From contig CAUATU010000002.1 of NCBI GenBank assembly GCA_958432255.1, forward strand, positions 21,285 through 85,284: a DNA stretch of 64,000 nt, in the 5' to 3' direction. The DNA comes from an uncultured Collinsella sp. (GTDB taxonomy: Bacteria > Actinomycetota > Coriobacteriia > Coriobacteriales > Coriobacteriaceae). A program made the translations under genes and the position numbers. How positions within the stretch are numbered: the stretch's first letter is position 1; the number at the start of each line of letters is the position of its first letter. Below are positions 19,154 to 27,849 of this stretch, piece after piece. The notes below the pieces were generated by a model, which was given only the letters and a program-made list of their open reading frames with translations, did not search any database and was not told the origin of the DNA.

Positions 19154-20023
19154 TTACTCGCCACGGACCAGACGGTCAAAGGCAACGACGGTAATGGTGT
19201 CGCCGAGCTCCTTGGAGACCTGCTCGGCGTACTTCTTGATGGTGAGGGAGCTGTCCTTGATGAACTCCTGCTCGGTGAGCACGGACTGCTTGTAGAACTT
19301 CTCCAGACGGCCAACAGCCATCTTCTCCTGAATGGCCTCGGGCTTGCCGGACTCGGCAGCCTGAGCCATGTAGATCTGCTTCTCGTGCTCGACAGTCTCG
19401 GCCGGAACCTGATCGCGGGTAGCGCAGATCGGGGCGACGGCGGCAACCTGAAGGGCAACGTCGTGAGCGAAGGTCTTGAAGGACTCAGCCTGAGCGGTCT
19501 CGGCCTTCTCGAAAGCAAACTCGACGAGGACGCCGATCTTACCACCCATGTGGATGTAAGAAGCGAGCGCGCCGTTCTCGGCCTTACGGGCGGCGAAGCG
19601 GGAGATCTTCATGTTCTCGCCCATGATGTGAATCATCTCGGTGAGCTCGGAGGAAACGGTCTCCTCGCCCATCGGCTTCTCAAGCAGAGCGTCGACGTCA
19701 GCAGGCTCGGTGGTAGCGACAACCTCAGCGACCTTGGAAGCAAAGCCGGTGAACTTGGCGTTGGAGCCAACGAAGTCGGTCTCGCAGGAGAGCTCGAGCA
19801 GAGCGCCGGTCTTGCCATCCTCGGAGACGAACGCGGCGACAGCGCCCTCGTTGGTCTCACGGCCAGCCTTCTTGGCAGCCTTGGCAAGGCCGTTCTTACG
19901 CAGAACGTCGACAGCGGCGTCCATGTCGCCGTCAGCCTCGACGAGAGCCTTCTTGCACTCCATCATCGGGGAGTCGGTCATCTCGCGGAGCTGCTTGACC
20001 ATAGCGGCGGTAATCTGGGCCAT
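19154..20023 (-). CDS. tsf: elongation factor Ts
   Basis: Start set at MAQITAAMVKQLRE (M6 of the track ORF), which has AAAGGAA 7 nt upstream. Confidence 0.92.
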   Translation of the reverse strand: MAQITAAMVKQLREMTDSPMMECKKALVEADGDMDAAVDVLRKNGLAKAAKKAGRETNEGAVAAFVSEDGKTGALLELSCETDFVGSNAKFTGFASKVAEVVATTEPADVDALLEKPMGEETVSSELTEMIHIMGENMKISRFAARKAENGALASYIHMGGKIGVLVEFAFEKAETAQAESFKTFAHDVALQVAAVAPICATRDQVPAETVEHEKQIYMAQAAESGKPEAIQEKMAVGRLEKFYKQSVLTEQEFIKDSSLTIKKYAEQVSKELGDTITVVAFDRLVRGE

Positions 20024-20068
20024 TGTGGTTCCTTTCAAAGAGATGAAAAAGAATTAACTAAGACTGAT

Positions 20069-20797
20069 TTACTCGGCCTTGGGCTCAGCGGCCATCTCGG
20101 CCTCGGAGACCTGCTCCTTGCCGGAGCCAGCGAGGCAGGCGTCGGCCATGAGCTCGCACATAAGGGTGACAGCGGAGATAGCGTCATCGTTGCAGGGGAT
20201 GCCGTACTCGACCTCGTCGGGATCGGAGTTGGTGTCGATCAGAGCGACGACGGGGATGTTCAGGCGCTGGGCCTCCTTGATGGCGTTCTCCTCGCGCTTG
20301 GTGTCGATGACGAAGAGAGCCTGGGGCAGACCCTTCATGTCGCGGGCGCCACCGAGGTTGGTCTGGAGCTTGGTGAGCTCCTTACCGAGCACAGCCTGCT
20401 CCTTCTTGGGCAGAACAGCCATGCGGCCGTCCTCGACCATGGCCTCGAGCTCCTCCATGCGGTTGATGCGGGAGCGGATGGTGACGAAGTTGGTCAGCAT
20501 ACCGCCGAGCCAACGCTGGTTGATGTAAGGCATGTTGGCGCGCTCAGCAGCGTTCTTGACGGCCTCCTGAGCCTGCTTCTTGGTGCCGACGAACAGCACG
20601 TTGCCGCCCTTGGCGACGTTCTTGACGAAGGTGTAGGCCTGGTCGGCGTCGAGGATGGTCTGCTTGAGGTCGAGGATGTAGATGCCGTTGCGCTCACCGA
20701 AGATGAACGGCTTCATCTTGGGGTTCCAGCGACGGGTCTGGTGACCGAAGTGGCAGCCGGCCTCGAGCAGGGTGCGGATATTAATCTTGGTAGCCAT
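20069..20797 (-). CDS. rpsB: 30S ribosomal protein S2
   Basis: 242 aa S2 family protein. GGAGG lies 7 nt upstream of the ATG. Confidence 0.95.
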   Translation of the reverse strand: MATKINIRTLLEAGCHFGHQTRRWNPKMKPFIFGERNGIYILDLKQTILDADQAYTFVKNVAKGGNVLFVGTKKQAQEAVKNAAERANMPYINQRWLGGMLTNFVTIRSRINRMEELEAMVEDGRMAVLPKKEQAVLGKELTKLQTNLGGARDMKGLPQALFVIDTKREENAIKEAQRLNIPVVALIDTNSDPDEVEYGIPCNDDAISAVTLMCELMADACLAGSGKEQVSEAEMAAEPKAE

Positions 20798-20938
20798 GTT
20801 AAACCTCCTGTGGTTTGCCTCCGCGCGGGGTCATCCTCCAAAACCAACCCGGACATGTGTTACCAAAGCCCGGGCACCACGGTATGAAGTAGCCGCGCGT
20901 GCGTGATAAAAACATGTTGCCGTGAAGCAACCCGATGA

Positions 20939-20967
20939 ATGATAGCAGGAATGCATCTTCCTGCCAA
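20939..20967 (-). promoter_or_regulatory. sigma70-like promoter TTGGCA-N17-TATCAT for rpsB-tsf
   Basis: -35 at 20962-20967 and -10 at 20939-20944 on the minus strand. The 5' leader of about 135 nt is structured (GCCCGGGC palindrome) and may be S2-autoregulatory. Confidence 0.5.
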
Positions 20968-21016
20968 CCCGCAATCAAAACCACACACCTGAGTGCGACG
21001 CGGGACGTCCCAGCCA

Positions 21017-21859
21017 CTATTCGCCGCGGGGATGGGCTTGAGCCACGGCACGTTTGAGCCGATCGGGCGTGAGATGCGTGTAGATTTGCGTCGTGGACAG
21101 GCTCGCATGACCCAGCAGCTCTTGAACCGAGCGCAGGTCCGCACCGCCCTCGAGCAAGTCGGTCGCAAAGGTATGGCGCATCGCATGCGGGGCGATGTCG
21201 GCCGGAATGCCGGCGAGCGTCGCCAGCGTATGGAACCGCCGCCGGAGCATGGCGGCGCTCATGCGATTGCCGCGCGCCGATATAAGCAGCGGATGCGGCC
21301 CGGTAGCGAGGTCGCGGCGCTTTGCCTGAGCGAGCAACTCCGGCCTCCCCTCCTCAATATAGAGACGCGTCACCTCGAGCGCACGACGATACAGAGGGAC
21401 GATACGTTCTTTGCTCCCCTTGCCCCACAGGCGCAACGTGCGTTCGGACCAAGCGATAGACTCCACATTGAGTGCTGCGAGCTCAGAGATACGGGCGCCG
21501 GATGCATAAAGCAGCTCGAGCATCGCCGCATCGCGCAGTCCCGCTGGTGTTGAGGTATCGGGGGCTTTGAGGAGCACCTCGACCTGCTGAGTCGTAAGGA
21601 CGCCCGGCAGGTCACGCGGCAGCTTAGGCGATGCGATCGCCGACACCGCATCGCCCTCGACAATCCCCTCGGCAGCCATCCAGCGATAGAGAGATCGGAT
21701 AGCCGACAGATGCGCCGCAAGCGTTCGGGAAGCCACCTGCTCACGCGAAAGCTCGGCAAGATAGCGACGAATGGTGCGCACGTCGGCAGCGAAGGCATCG
21801 ATATCCTCGCGCTCGCACCAGGCAGCAAAGCGCTCCAGCCTCGAGCCATAGGCCGTCAC
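21017..21859 (-). CDS. xerC: site-specific tyrosine recombinase XerC/XerD family (start unresolved, see findings)
   Basis: C-terminal catalytic motifs R..HAMRHTFAT..GADLRSVQELLGHASLSTTQIYTH. The track ORF starts at a GTG, which truncates the conserved N-terminus (…IAYIARVEGLSPNTVTAY). The in-frame upstream sequence is open but has no ATG, GTG or TTG. Confidence 0.75.
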   Translation of the reverse strand: MTAYGSRLERFAAWCEREDIDAFAADVRTIRRYLAELSREQVASRTLAAHLSAIRSLYRWMAAEGIVEGDAVSAIASPKLPRDLPGVLTTQQVEVLLKAPDTSTPAGLRDAAMLELLYASGARISELAALNVESIAWSERTLRLWGKGSKERIVPLYRRALEVTRLYIEEGRPELLAQAKRRDLATGPHPLLISARGNRMSAAMLRRRFHTLATLAGIPADIAPHAMRHTFATDLLEGGADLRSVQELLGHASLSTTQIYTHLTPDRLKRAVAQAHPRGE

Positions 21860-21933
21860 CGTGTTGGGAGAAAGTCCCTCGACACGTGCGATATAGGCGA
21901 TAAACGAGTCGACGGTGTCGTACAGGTCACAGG

Positions 21934-23277
21934 CTATGACCGGTCGCCTCCAAAAAGATCGGGGCGAGTGGTCAGATAGGCATCAAGGGCCTCGAGGGCG
22001 CGATCCGCATAAGCCTGGTAGCGGTCGCGTTTGCTGCGGCGCTTACCATCCTCGAGTGGCGGCACCAGGCCAAAGTTGACATGCATAGGCTGATAACCCA
22101 CGGTGGCAGGATCGGTCGCATAGCCCACGAGCGCGCCCAGAGCGCCCACGCGCGGCAGCTCGACAGGAGCCGCACAGATAGCCTCGGCATAGGTGTTGAG
22201 CGCAGCGAGCAGACCGGTCGCCACGGCCTCCATATAGCCTTCGGTGCCGGTGATCTGACCGGCCAGGCGCACACCGGTACCGGGCACGGCAAAGGTGCCA
22301 TCGAGCACGTGCGGGGCGTCGACAAAGGTATTGCGGTGCATGACACCGTAGCGGAAGAACTCAGCGTTCTCCAGGCCCGGCACCATATGGAAGACGCGCT
22401 TCTGCTCGCCAAAGGTCAGATTGGTCTGGAAGCCCACCAGGTTATAGGCGGTCTTCTCCTTGTTCTCGGCACGCAGCTGAATCGCCGCCCAAGGGCGACG
22501 TCCGGTACGCGGGTCGGTGAGGCCGACGGGCTTCATGGCGCCAAAGCGAATAGCGTCCTTGCCGGTGCGCGCAACCTCCTCGGCAGGCTGGCAGGCCTGG
22601 AACAGATCGCCGCCCTCAAAGTCCTTGAGCACCACGCGGTCGGCCGTGGTGAGCGCCTCGATAAAGGCCTCGTACTCCTCCTTGTTGAGCGGGGCGTTGA
22701 GATAGTCGCCGCTCCCCTGCTCCTCGTAGCGCGACTGCGAGAACAGCACGTCCATATCGAGCGTGGAGGCATCGACGATCGGAGCCGCGGCATCGAAGAA
22801 CGCAAGGGCGTCGCCGCCGACGAGCTTCATGACCTCTTCGCTCAGCGCCGGCGAGCACAAGGGGCCCGCGGCAATGACCACGTGACCCTCGGGAATCTGC
22901 GTAACCTCGCCGTGAATGATCTCGATATTGGGACGGGCGGCAACCTCGGCCTCGACAAGCTCGGAAAACTTGACGCGGTCGACCGCCAGGGCGCCACCGG
23001 CGGGAACAGCCGCGCGATGGGCGCAATCGAGCAGCACCGAACCCATGCGCTCGAGCTCGGCTTTTAGTAGGCCAGCAGCGGAATCTGGACGGGTCGACTT
23101 AAACGAATTGGAGCAGACGAGCTCTGCCAGGTGATCGGTATGGTGAGCCGGGGAGCTCACCTGGGGGCGCATCTCGCACAGCTTTACGGCAAACCCGCGG
23201 TCTGCCAGCTGGATCGCGCATTCCGAACCCGCCAGACCGCCACCGATAACCGTCACCTGATCGAACTGCATCTGCAA
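21934..23277 (-). CDS. trmFO: methylenetetrahydrofolate--tRNA-(uracil54-C5)-methyltransferase TrmFO
   Basis: 447 aa with the FAD-binding N-terminus VTVIGGGLAGSE. Gid/TrmFO family. Confidence 0.9.
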   Translation of the reverse strand: MQMQFDQVTVIGGGLAGSECAIQLADRGFAVKLCEMRPQVSSPAHHTDHLAELVCSNSFKSTRPDSAAGLLKAELERMGSVLLDCAHRAAVPAGGALAVDRVKFSELVEAEVAARPNIEIIHGEVTQIPEGHVVIAAGPLCSPALSEEVMKLVGGDALAFFDAAAPIVDASTLDMDVLFSQSRYEEQGSGDYLNAPLNKEEYEAFIEALTTADRVVLKDFEGGDLFQACQPAEEVARTGKDAIRFGAMKPVGLTDPRTGRRPWAAIQLRAENKEKTAYNLVGFQTNLTFGEQKRVFHMVPGLENAEFFRYGVMHRNTFVDAPHVLDGTFAVPGTGVRLAGQITGTEGYMEAVATGLLAALNTYAEAICAAPVELPRVGALGALVGYATDPATVGYQPMHVNFGLVPPLEDGKRRSKRDRYQAYADRALEALDAYLTTRPDLFGGDRS

Positions 23278-23285
23278 ACACCTTT

Positions 23286-24221
23286 CTAATTGACACGTTT
23301 TCCATTGTGACCGAAGGGCGTCTGGGCGTGAAGGGCAAACTTGGAGGGCGCATACCTTCCATCCATCATGCGCTCGATAAGGCCCTCGAGTTCAAGCGAA
23401 CCCAAGAGTTTGAGTACGCCGACAGCATCGAGTGAGACGAGCGCCGCGATGTCGTCGACCTTGAGCGGAGAGGCGATGAGCGCATGCATCACGGTCTGCT
23501 GTGTTGGATTCAGGTCGGCAATGCCGGGAGCATCGGGGCGCGAGTAGCGCAGGGTGCCGTAGATGCGAGAGATAGCCATCTCGATGGACTCCTCGTCGAC
23601 AATGCAGCAGGCCCCGTTGGCGATGAGATAGTTGGTACCGCGCGACTCGGGAGACAAAATCGACCCCGGCACGGCAAGCAGCTCGCGCCCCAAATCCATA
23701 GCAGCCTCGGCTGTGGAAAACGTCCCGGAAGGCATACCCGCCTCGGATACAAAGAGGGCTTGCGACAGGGCCGCGATCACGCGATTCCGGCGCGGAAAGG
23801 CAAACTTGCGCGGACCCATTCCCCACGGAGAGATCGACACGACCGCGCCACCCGTATCGAGCGTGCGCGTAATTAGCCCCGCGCTCGAACGCGGGTAGAC
23901 CACGTCGGCGCCCGTCCCCAGCACCACAACGTGTTTGCCGCCGGCGTTGACCGCAGCCCAACCCGAGGCCTGGTCACAACCGACCGCGCCGCCCGAAACT
24001 ACCGTCACGCCCGCCTCGACCGCCACCTTTGCGGCAAGCTCTGCCACGGCAAGACCATACGGCGAGGCCTTGCGCGCGCCGATGATGGAGAGCGCGGGCG
24101 TCGAAAGCACCTCGGGGTTGCCGCGCACATAAAGCGTCTGGGGTACATCAGAAAGCTCCAAAACGGACTCGGGATACAACGCATCACCTGGATGCAGCTC
24201 AAAGGTCCCCTCGGCCATCAT
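23286..24221 (-). CDS. dprA: DNA-processing protein DprA
   Basis: DprA/Smf Rossmann-like domain. Start set at MMAEGTFEL (ATGA overlap with the comM stop, GGAGGG 6 nt upstream). The track ORF is over-extended by 52 codons. Confidence 0.85.
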   Translation of the reverse strand: MMAEGTFELHPGDALYPESVLELSDVPQTLYVRGNPEVLSTPALSIIGARKASPYGLAVAELAAKVAVEAGVTVVSGGAVGCDQASGWAAVNAGGKHVVVLGTGADVVYPRSSAGLITRTLDTGGAVVSISPWGMGPRKFAFPRRNRVIAALSQALFVSEAGMPSGTFSTAEAAMDLGRELLAVPGSILSPESRGTNYLIANGACCIVDEESIEMAISRIYGTLRYSRPDAPGIADLNPTQQTVMHALIASPLKVDDIAALVSLDAVGVLKLLGSLELEGLIERMMDGRYAPSKFALHAQTPFGHNGKRVN

Positions 24222-25742
24222 TGGTCCCTCCTTCCCTGGTACATCGCCGCCTCGAGCACGTGATCCTGCGTCACTTGCTCGCTCTCGGCGACATCGGCGA
24301 TCGTGCGCGCAATGCGAACCAAGCGCACGATACCACGCCCCGTGAGATGTGTGCGTTTGGACAGGCCGAGTACGCATTTCTCGGCAGCATCATCGAGCTC
24401 AAAGGTCGAAACGACGCCGTCAATGGACCGCGTCTCGTCATCCTCGGCCTCGGCATCCGCATCGTCCATACGGGATTCGCGCCAAGCGCGAAAAGCGCGA
24501 CCGCGCACAACGTAGTCACGTAACTCGGCCGACGACATACCCTCCGCGCCCTCGATAATCACCTGAGGGTCGGGACGGGTCACATCGATCATCATGTCGA
24601 TACGGTCCGCCAAAGGACCGCGCAGCTTTGCCCGATAGCGCTCCACCATCGATGCCGAGCAGCGGCATGGCACCTCACGGTCGCCCAAAATAACCGCAGG
24701 GGCAGGGATTGCTCGCAGCCAGCAGCTGAAAGCGCGACGGGAAGGTAAAGGCCCCGTCGACGCGTACGATCCTGACGTAGCCGCGTTCGATGGGCTGACG
24801 CAGCGTCTGCAGCACACCCGTGGGAAACTCGGCAAGCTCGTCCAAAAAGAGCACGCCGCCATGAGCCAGGCTAATCTCACCCGGATGCACCGGGCGTCCT
24901 CCGCCGATGAGGCCCGCGGTCGAAATGCTGTGATGCGGGCTGCGGAAGGGCCGGTGCCCCGCCAACAGGCCATCGATGTTCTCGCCCAAAACCGAATGGA
25001 TGCACAGCGCCTCCTGCTGATCCTCAACGGAAAGCTCAGGCAGGATGCCGGTCATACGGCGCGCAAGCATCGTCTTGCCCGATCCCGGGGACCCGATCAT
25101 AAGCAAGCCGAGTTCTCCTGCCGCCGCAAGCGCCATGCCGCGCTTGGCGACCTCCTGCCCCAGTACGTCGGCATAGTCGAGCTCGGGCTCAAAGGTCGCC
25201 TCGACGCCCTCGGAATCCAAGTAGTGCCGCGCGGCATCGCCCATGCCATGGGCAAGCTGAGACAAATGATCGATGAATCCACAATCCACGCCCGCGAGTG
25301 GCACATGCTGGTCTGACCTGCCGGCGATAAAAGACAGCCCCATGTCGCGAGCCAGCAGCTGAAACGCCACCTCGCCCTTGACGGGAAGCACCGTACCGTC
25401 CAAGCCGAGCTCGCCGGCGATAAGGCAGCGATCGAGGTTGTCACGGGGAATCTGCCCATCGGCCGCCAGAACCGCGATGGCGATGGGCAGATCGAAGCCG
25501 CTACCGGTCTTGCGAATATCGCCGGGCGCCAGGTTGACCGTAATGCCCGAGCGTGGGATCTCGAACCCGGCGGAGCGCATCGCGCAGCGAATACGACCGC
25601 GTGACTCCATCACCTCCATACTCGGAATGCCGAGCATCTGGATGCCCGGAACGCCGCCGGCAAGCGAGACCTCGACCGTGACGTGAATCGCCTCGACGCC
25701 GCGAATGCAGGCCGCGTGAACGGCAAACGTCTCGAACGCCAT
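24218..25742 (-). pseudogene. comM: comM/yifB-family Mg-chelatase-like AAA+ ATPase, interrupted by a frameshift in a T4G3 homopolymer
   Basis: The N-terminal part (frame A, stop at 24675) ends ...[13 protein letters not shown]. The C-terminal part continues in the next frame: ...[34 protein letters not shown]. Deleting one G in ggttattttgggcgacc restores [12 protein letters not shown]. Start placed at MAFETFAV (ATG overlapping the yraN stop). Confidence 0.7.
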
Positions 25743-26227
25743 CACGACACCTGCCAATCGAATGCGTTGTACTGATGCTCGATCTCGGCGATATGCCCGC
25801 CGCGAATGGTGACACCCACGGCATCGAAGCGAATCGCCTTGAGCGGATAATGCTCCATGAGATAGCAACTTGCGATGCGGCGGTAGCGGCGTTGCTTTTG
25901 GGCATCCACGGCCTCCTCGGGAAAGACCCGCGTGTTGCAATCCAATGCGACGCGTCTGGTCTTGACCTCGGCCATCACCACGACATCGTCGAGCTCATCG
26001 AGCAGCACCAGATCGGCCTCGCCCTCGGTGCAACGATAACCCTGCTCCAGCAAGGTGTAGCCGCGCTCGTTAAAGTAGTCGATGGTGATCAGCTCGCCCA
26101 GCATGCCCAGCTCGCGGGGACTGAGTCCCTTGATAAACTCGGGCGTCATCGCCCCGCAGTCGAGCTCGCCGTTTTCCCAACGCTCCTTGAGCTGCTGCGT
26201 CTTGCTCTTTTTGCTTGCGGCACTCAT
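25742..26227 (-). CDS. yraN: YraN family endonuclease (UPF0102)
   Basis: Core GEADLVLLD motif. Start moved to MSAASKK, which has AAGGAG 6 nt upstream. Confidence 0.75.
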   Translation of the reverse strand: MSAASKKSKTQQLKERWENGELDCGAMTPEFIKGLSPRELGMLGELITIDYFNERGYTLLEQGYRCTEGEADLVLLDELDDVVVMAEVKTRRVALDCNTRVFPEEAVDAQKQRRYRRIASCYLMEHYPLKAIRFDAVGVTIRGGHIAEIEHQYNAFDWQVS

Positions 26228-26323
26228 GGGGTCTCCTTTCCCGCACACTGCATTGCCCCGATGATGAGGGCACCTTTCATGCGGGTAAGTACCGGAAACA
26301 AACCAAAAGCTGACCAAATGCCG

Positions 26324-26367
26324 ACAAAAAACGGGCCGTACGCAGCAATGCTGTTGCATACGGCCCG
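26324..26367 (-). terminator. intrinsic terminator after rnhB
   Basis: Stem of about 15 bp (GGGCCGUAUGCAACA/UGCUGCGUACGGCCC, two wobble or mismatched pairs). On the minus strand it is followed by UUUUUUGUCGG. Confidence 0.55.
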
Positions 26368-26416
26368 CTACCAGCAGGTTTATAGAACCTTTAAGGTCTC
26401 TATCTCCACAATTGAC

Positions 26417-27205
26417 CTAGAAAAGCCGCTCGGTCTGCAGAAAGTTTCCGCAAAAGCTCACGCGGTGCAGCGGACAAAGTCCATGTTTGCGAATAGCCTC
26501 GATATGCTCGGGGCTCGCATAGCCCTTCGACTCGGCCAGATGGTACTCGGGATACTCGGCGTCGTACTCGACCATCATCTCGTCACGCGTGACCTTGGCC
26601 ATGATGGACGCCGCGGCGATGCAGGCGATCTTGGCGTCGCCCTTCACCACATCGCGCTCGTTGGGAACGGCGCCCAAGGGGTTGCCATCCATGAGGACGC
26701 AGTCGGGTTCAAGCCCCGTATCGGCCACGGCTCCCTCGACGGCAGCGCGGATGGCCCGGGCCATACCCATATCATCGATATCCGCAGGCGCGATATGACA
26801 AAAGCCGATAGCAGTCGCGACCTCGGCAATCTTCACCGAGAGCAGCTCGCGGCGCGCCGGCGTGAGCTTTTTGGAATCGTTGATGCCCCAGACGCGCGGC
26901 TCCATAGGAAGGCACACGGCGCACACCGTCAAAGGACCGGCCACCGAGCCGCGACCCACCTCGTCGACGCCCACGACCACGCCATCCCCACCGAGCTCGT
27001 GCATCAGCTCGTACATGCCGTCGACGCGCTCGCGCTCGGCAAGTTCCTTGGCATGGCGCTTAAGGGCACGTTCGCAAGCCTTAATCACCTGCTGGCGCGG
27101 ATCCTCGCGATAATGCTCCACGAGGGCGGGGATCTCCTCAAACGTGGCGCTCGCCAGCTCGCCGGCAACCTGCGATGCCGAAACCGAGCTCGTCATATTG
27201 GCCAT
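26417..27205 (-). CDS. rnhB: ribonuclease HII
   Basis: GVDEVGRG catalytic motif. Start moved to M7 (MANMTSS), which has AGGAGG 8 nt upstream. Confidence 0.9.
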   Translation of the reverse strand: MANMTSSVSASQVAGELASATFEEIPALVEHYREDPRQQVIKACERALKRHAKELAERERVDGMYELMHELGGDGVVVGVDEVGRGSVAGPLTVCAVCLPMEPRVWGINDSKKLTPARRELLSVKIAEVATAIGFCHIAPADIDDMGMARAIRAAVEGAVADTGLEPDCVLMDGNPLGAVPNERDVVKGDAKIACIAAASIMAKVTRDEMMVEYDAEYPEYHLAESKGYASPEHIEAIRKHGLCPLHRVSFCGNFLQTERLF

Positions 27206-27232
27206 ACCAGGCCCTCCTTGCATGCAAATCAG

Positions 27233-27262
27233 ATAAAAAGAAGGGCCACCCGAAGGTGACCC
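27233..27262 (-). terminator. intrinsic terminator of rplS
   Basis: GGGUCACC-UUCG-GGUGGCCC (UUCG tetraloop) followed by UUCUUUUUAUC. Confidence 0.65.
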
Positions 27263-27298
27263 TTGTGTCCAAACGAGTGGACAGACGCTGCGATCTTC

Positions 27299-27640
27299 TT
27301 AGCGCTTCTCGGGGATGCGAGCAGCCTTGCCCACCTTGTCGCGGAGGTAGTACAGCTTGGCGCGACGGACGCGACCATGACGAACGACCTCGAGCTTGGC
27401 GATCTTGGGGCTGTGAAGCGGGAAGGTACGCTCAACACCGACACCGAAGGACATCTTGCGGACGGTGAAGGTCTCGCGGGCACCGGCGCCGGCCATGCGG
27501 ATGACGTCGCCCTGGAAGACCTGGATGCGCTCGCGGTCGCCTTCCTTAATGCGGTAGTGAACCTTGACGTTGTCGGCGACGCGAACCTGAGGAATGTCCT
27601 CGCGGATCTGCTGACGCTCGATTGCGCGGATGTAATCCAT
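27299..27640 (-). CDS. rplS: 50S ribosomal protein L19
   Basis: Start set at the ATG (MDYIRAIE), which has AAGGAA 6 nt upstream. The track start is an upstream TTG. Confidence 0.93.
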   Translation of the reverse strand: MDYIRAIERQQIREDIPQVRVADNVKVHYRIKEGDRERIQVFQGDVIRMAGAGARETFTVRKMSFGVGVERTFPLHSPKIAKLEVVRHGRVRRAKLYYLRDKVGKAARIPEKR

Positions 27641-27709
27641 GTGCAATTCCTTACTCTTCTAGAGGTGCCGTACCACCTTGGCCGGCACGTAGTTGAACAA
27701 ACGTATTCG

Positions 27710-27737
27710 AGTATACACGCGCGGGTTTCTGCTGCAA
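27710..27737 (-). promoter_or_regulatory. sigma70-like promoter TTGCAG-N16-TATACT for rplS
   Basis: -35 at 27732-27737 and -10 at 27710-27715 on the minus strand, about 65 nt upstream of the rplS start. Confidence 0.45.
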
Positions 27738-27755
27738 GAACAATTTTTTACGCAG

Positions 27756-27812
27756 ACAAAAAGACAAAACCCGCACATGATAGCCGCCCGTCTCACGAAT
27801 GAGACGGGCGGC
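27756..27812 (-). terminator. terminator after ppdK
   Basis: Perfect 13-bp stem GCCGCCCGUCUCA-UUCG-UGAGACGGGCGGC 38 nt past the stop. An interrupted U-rich tract follows (GGGUUUUGUCUUUUUGUC). Confidence 0.5.
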
Positions 27813-27849
27813 ATGAAGGGGGCTACGCTAGGCGTCTAAACCCAGAACA

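Noticed and set aside
24218-25027. The N-terminal 100 aa of the track ORF 24218..25027 ([18 protein letters not shown]...)
   Set aside because: This is an alternative-frame read of the comM N-terminal region. Only the C-terminal part, after the frameshift site, matches ComM.
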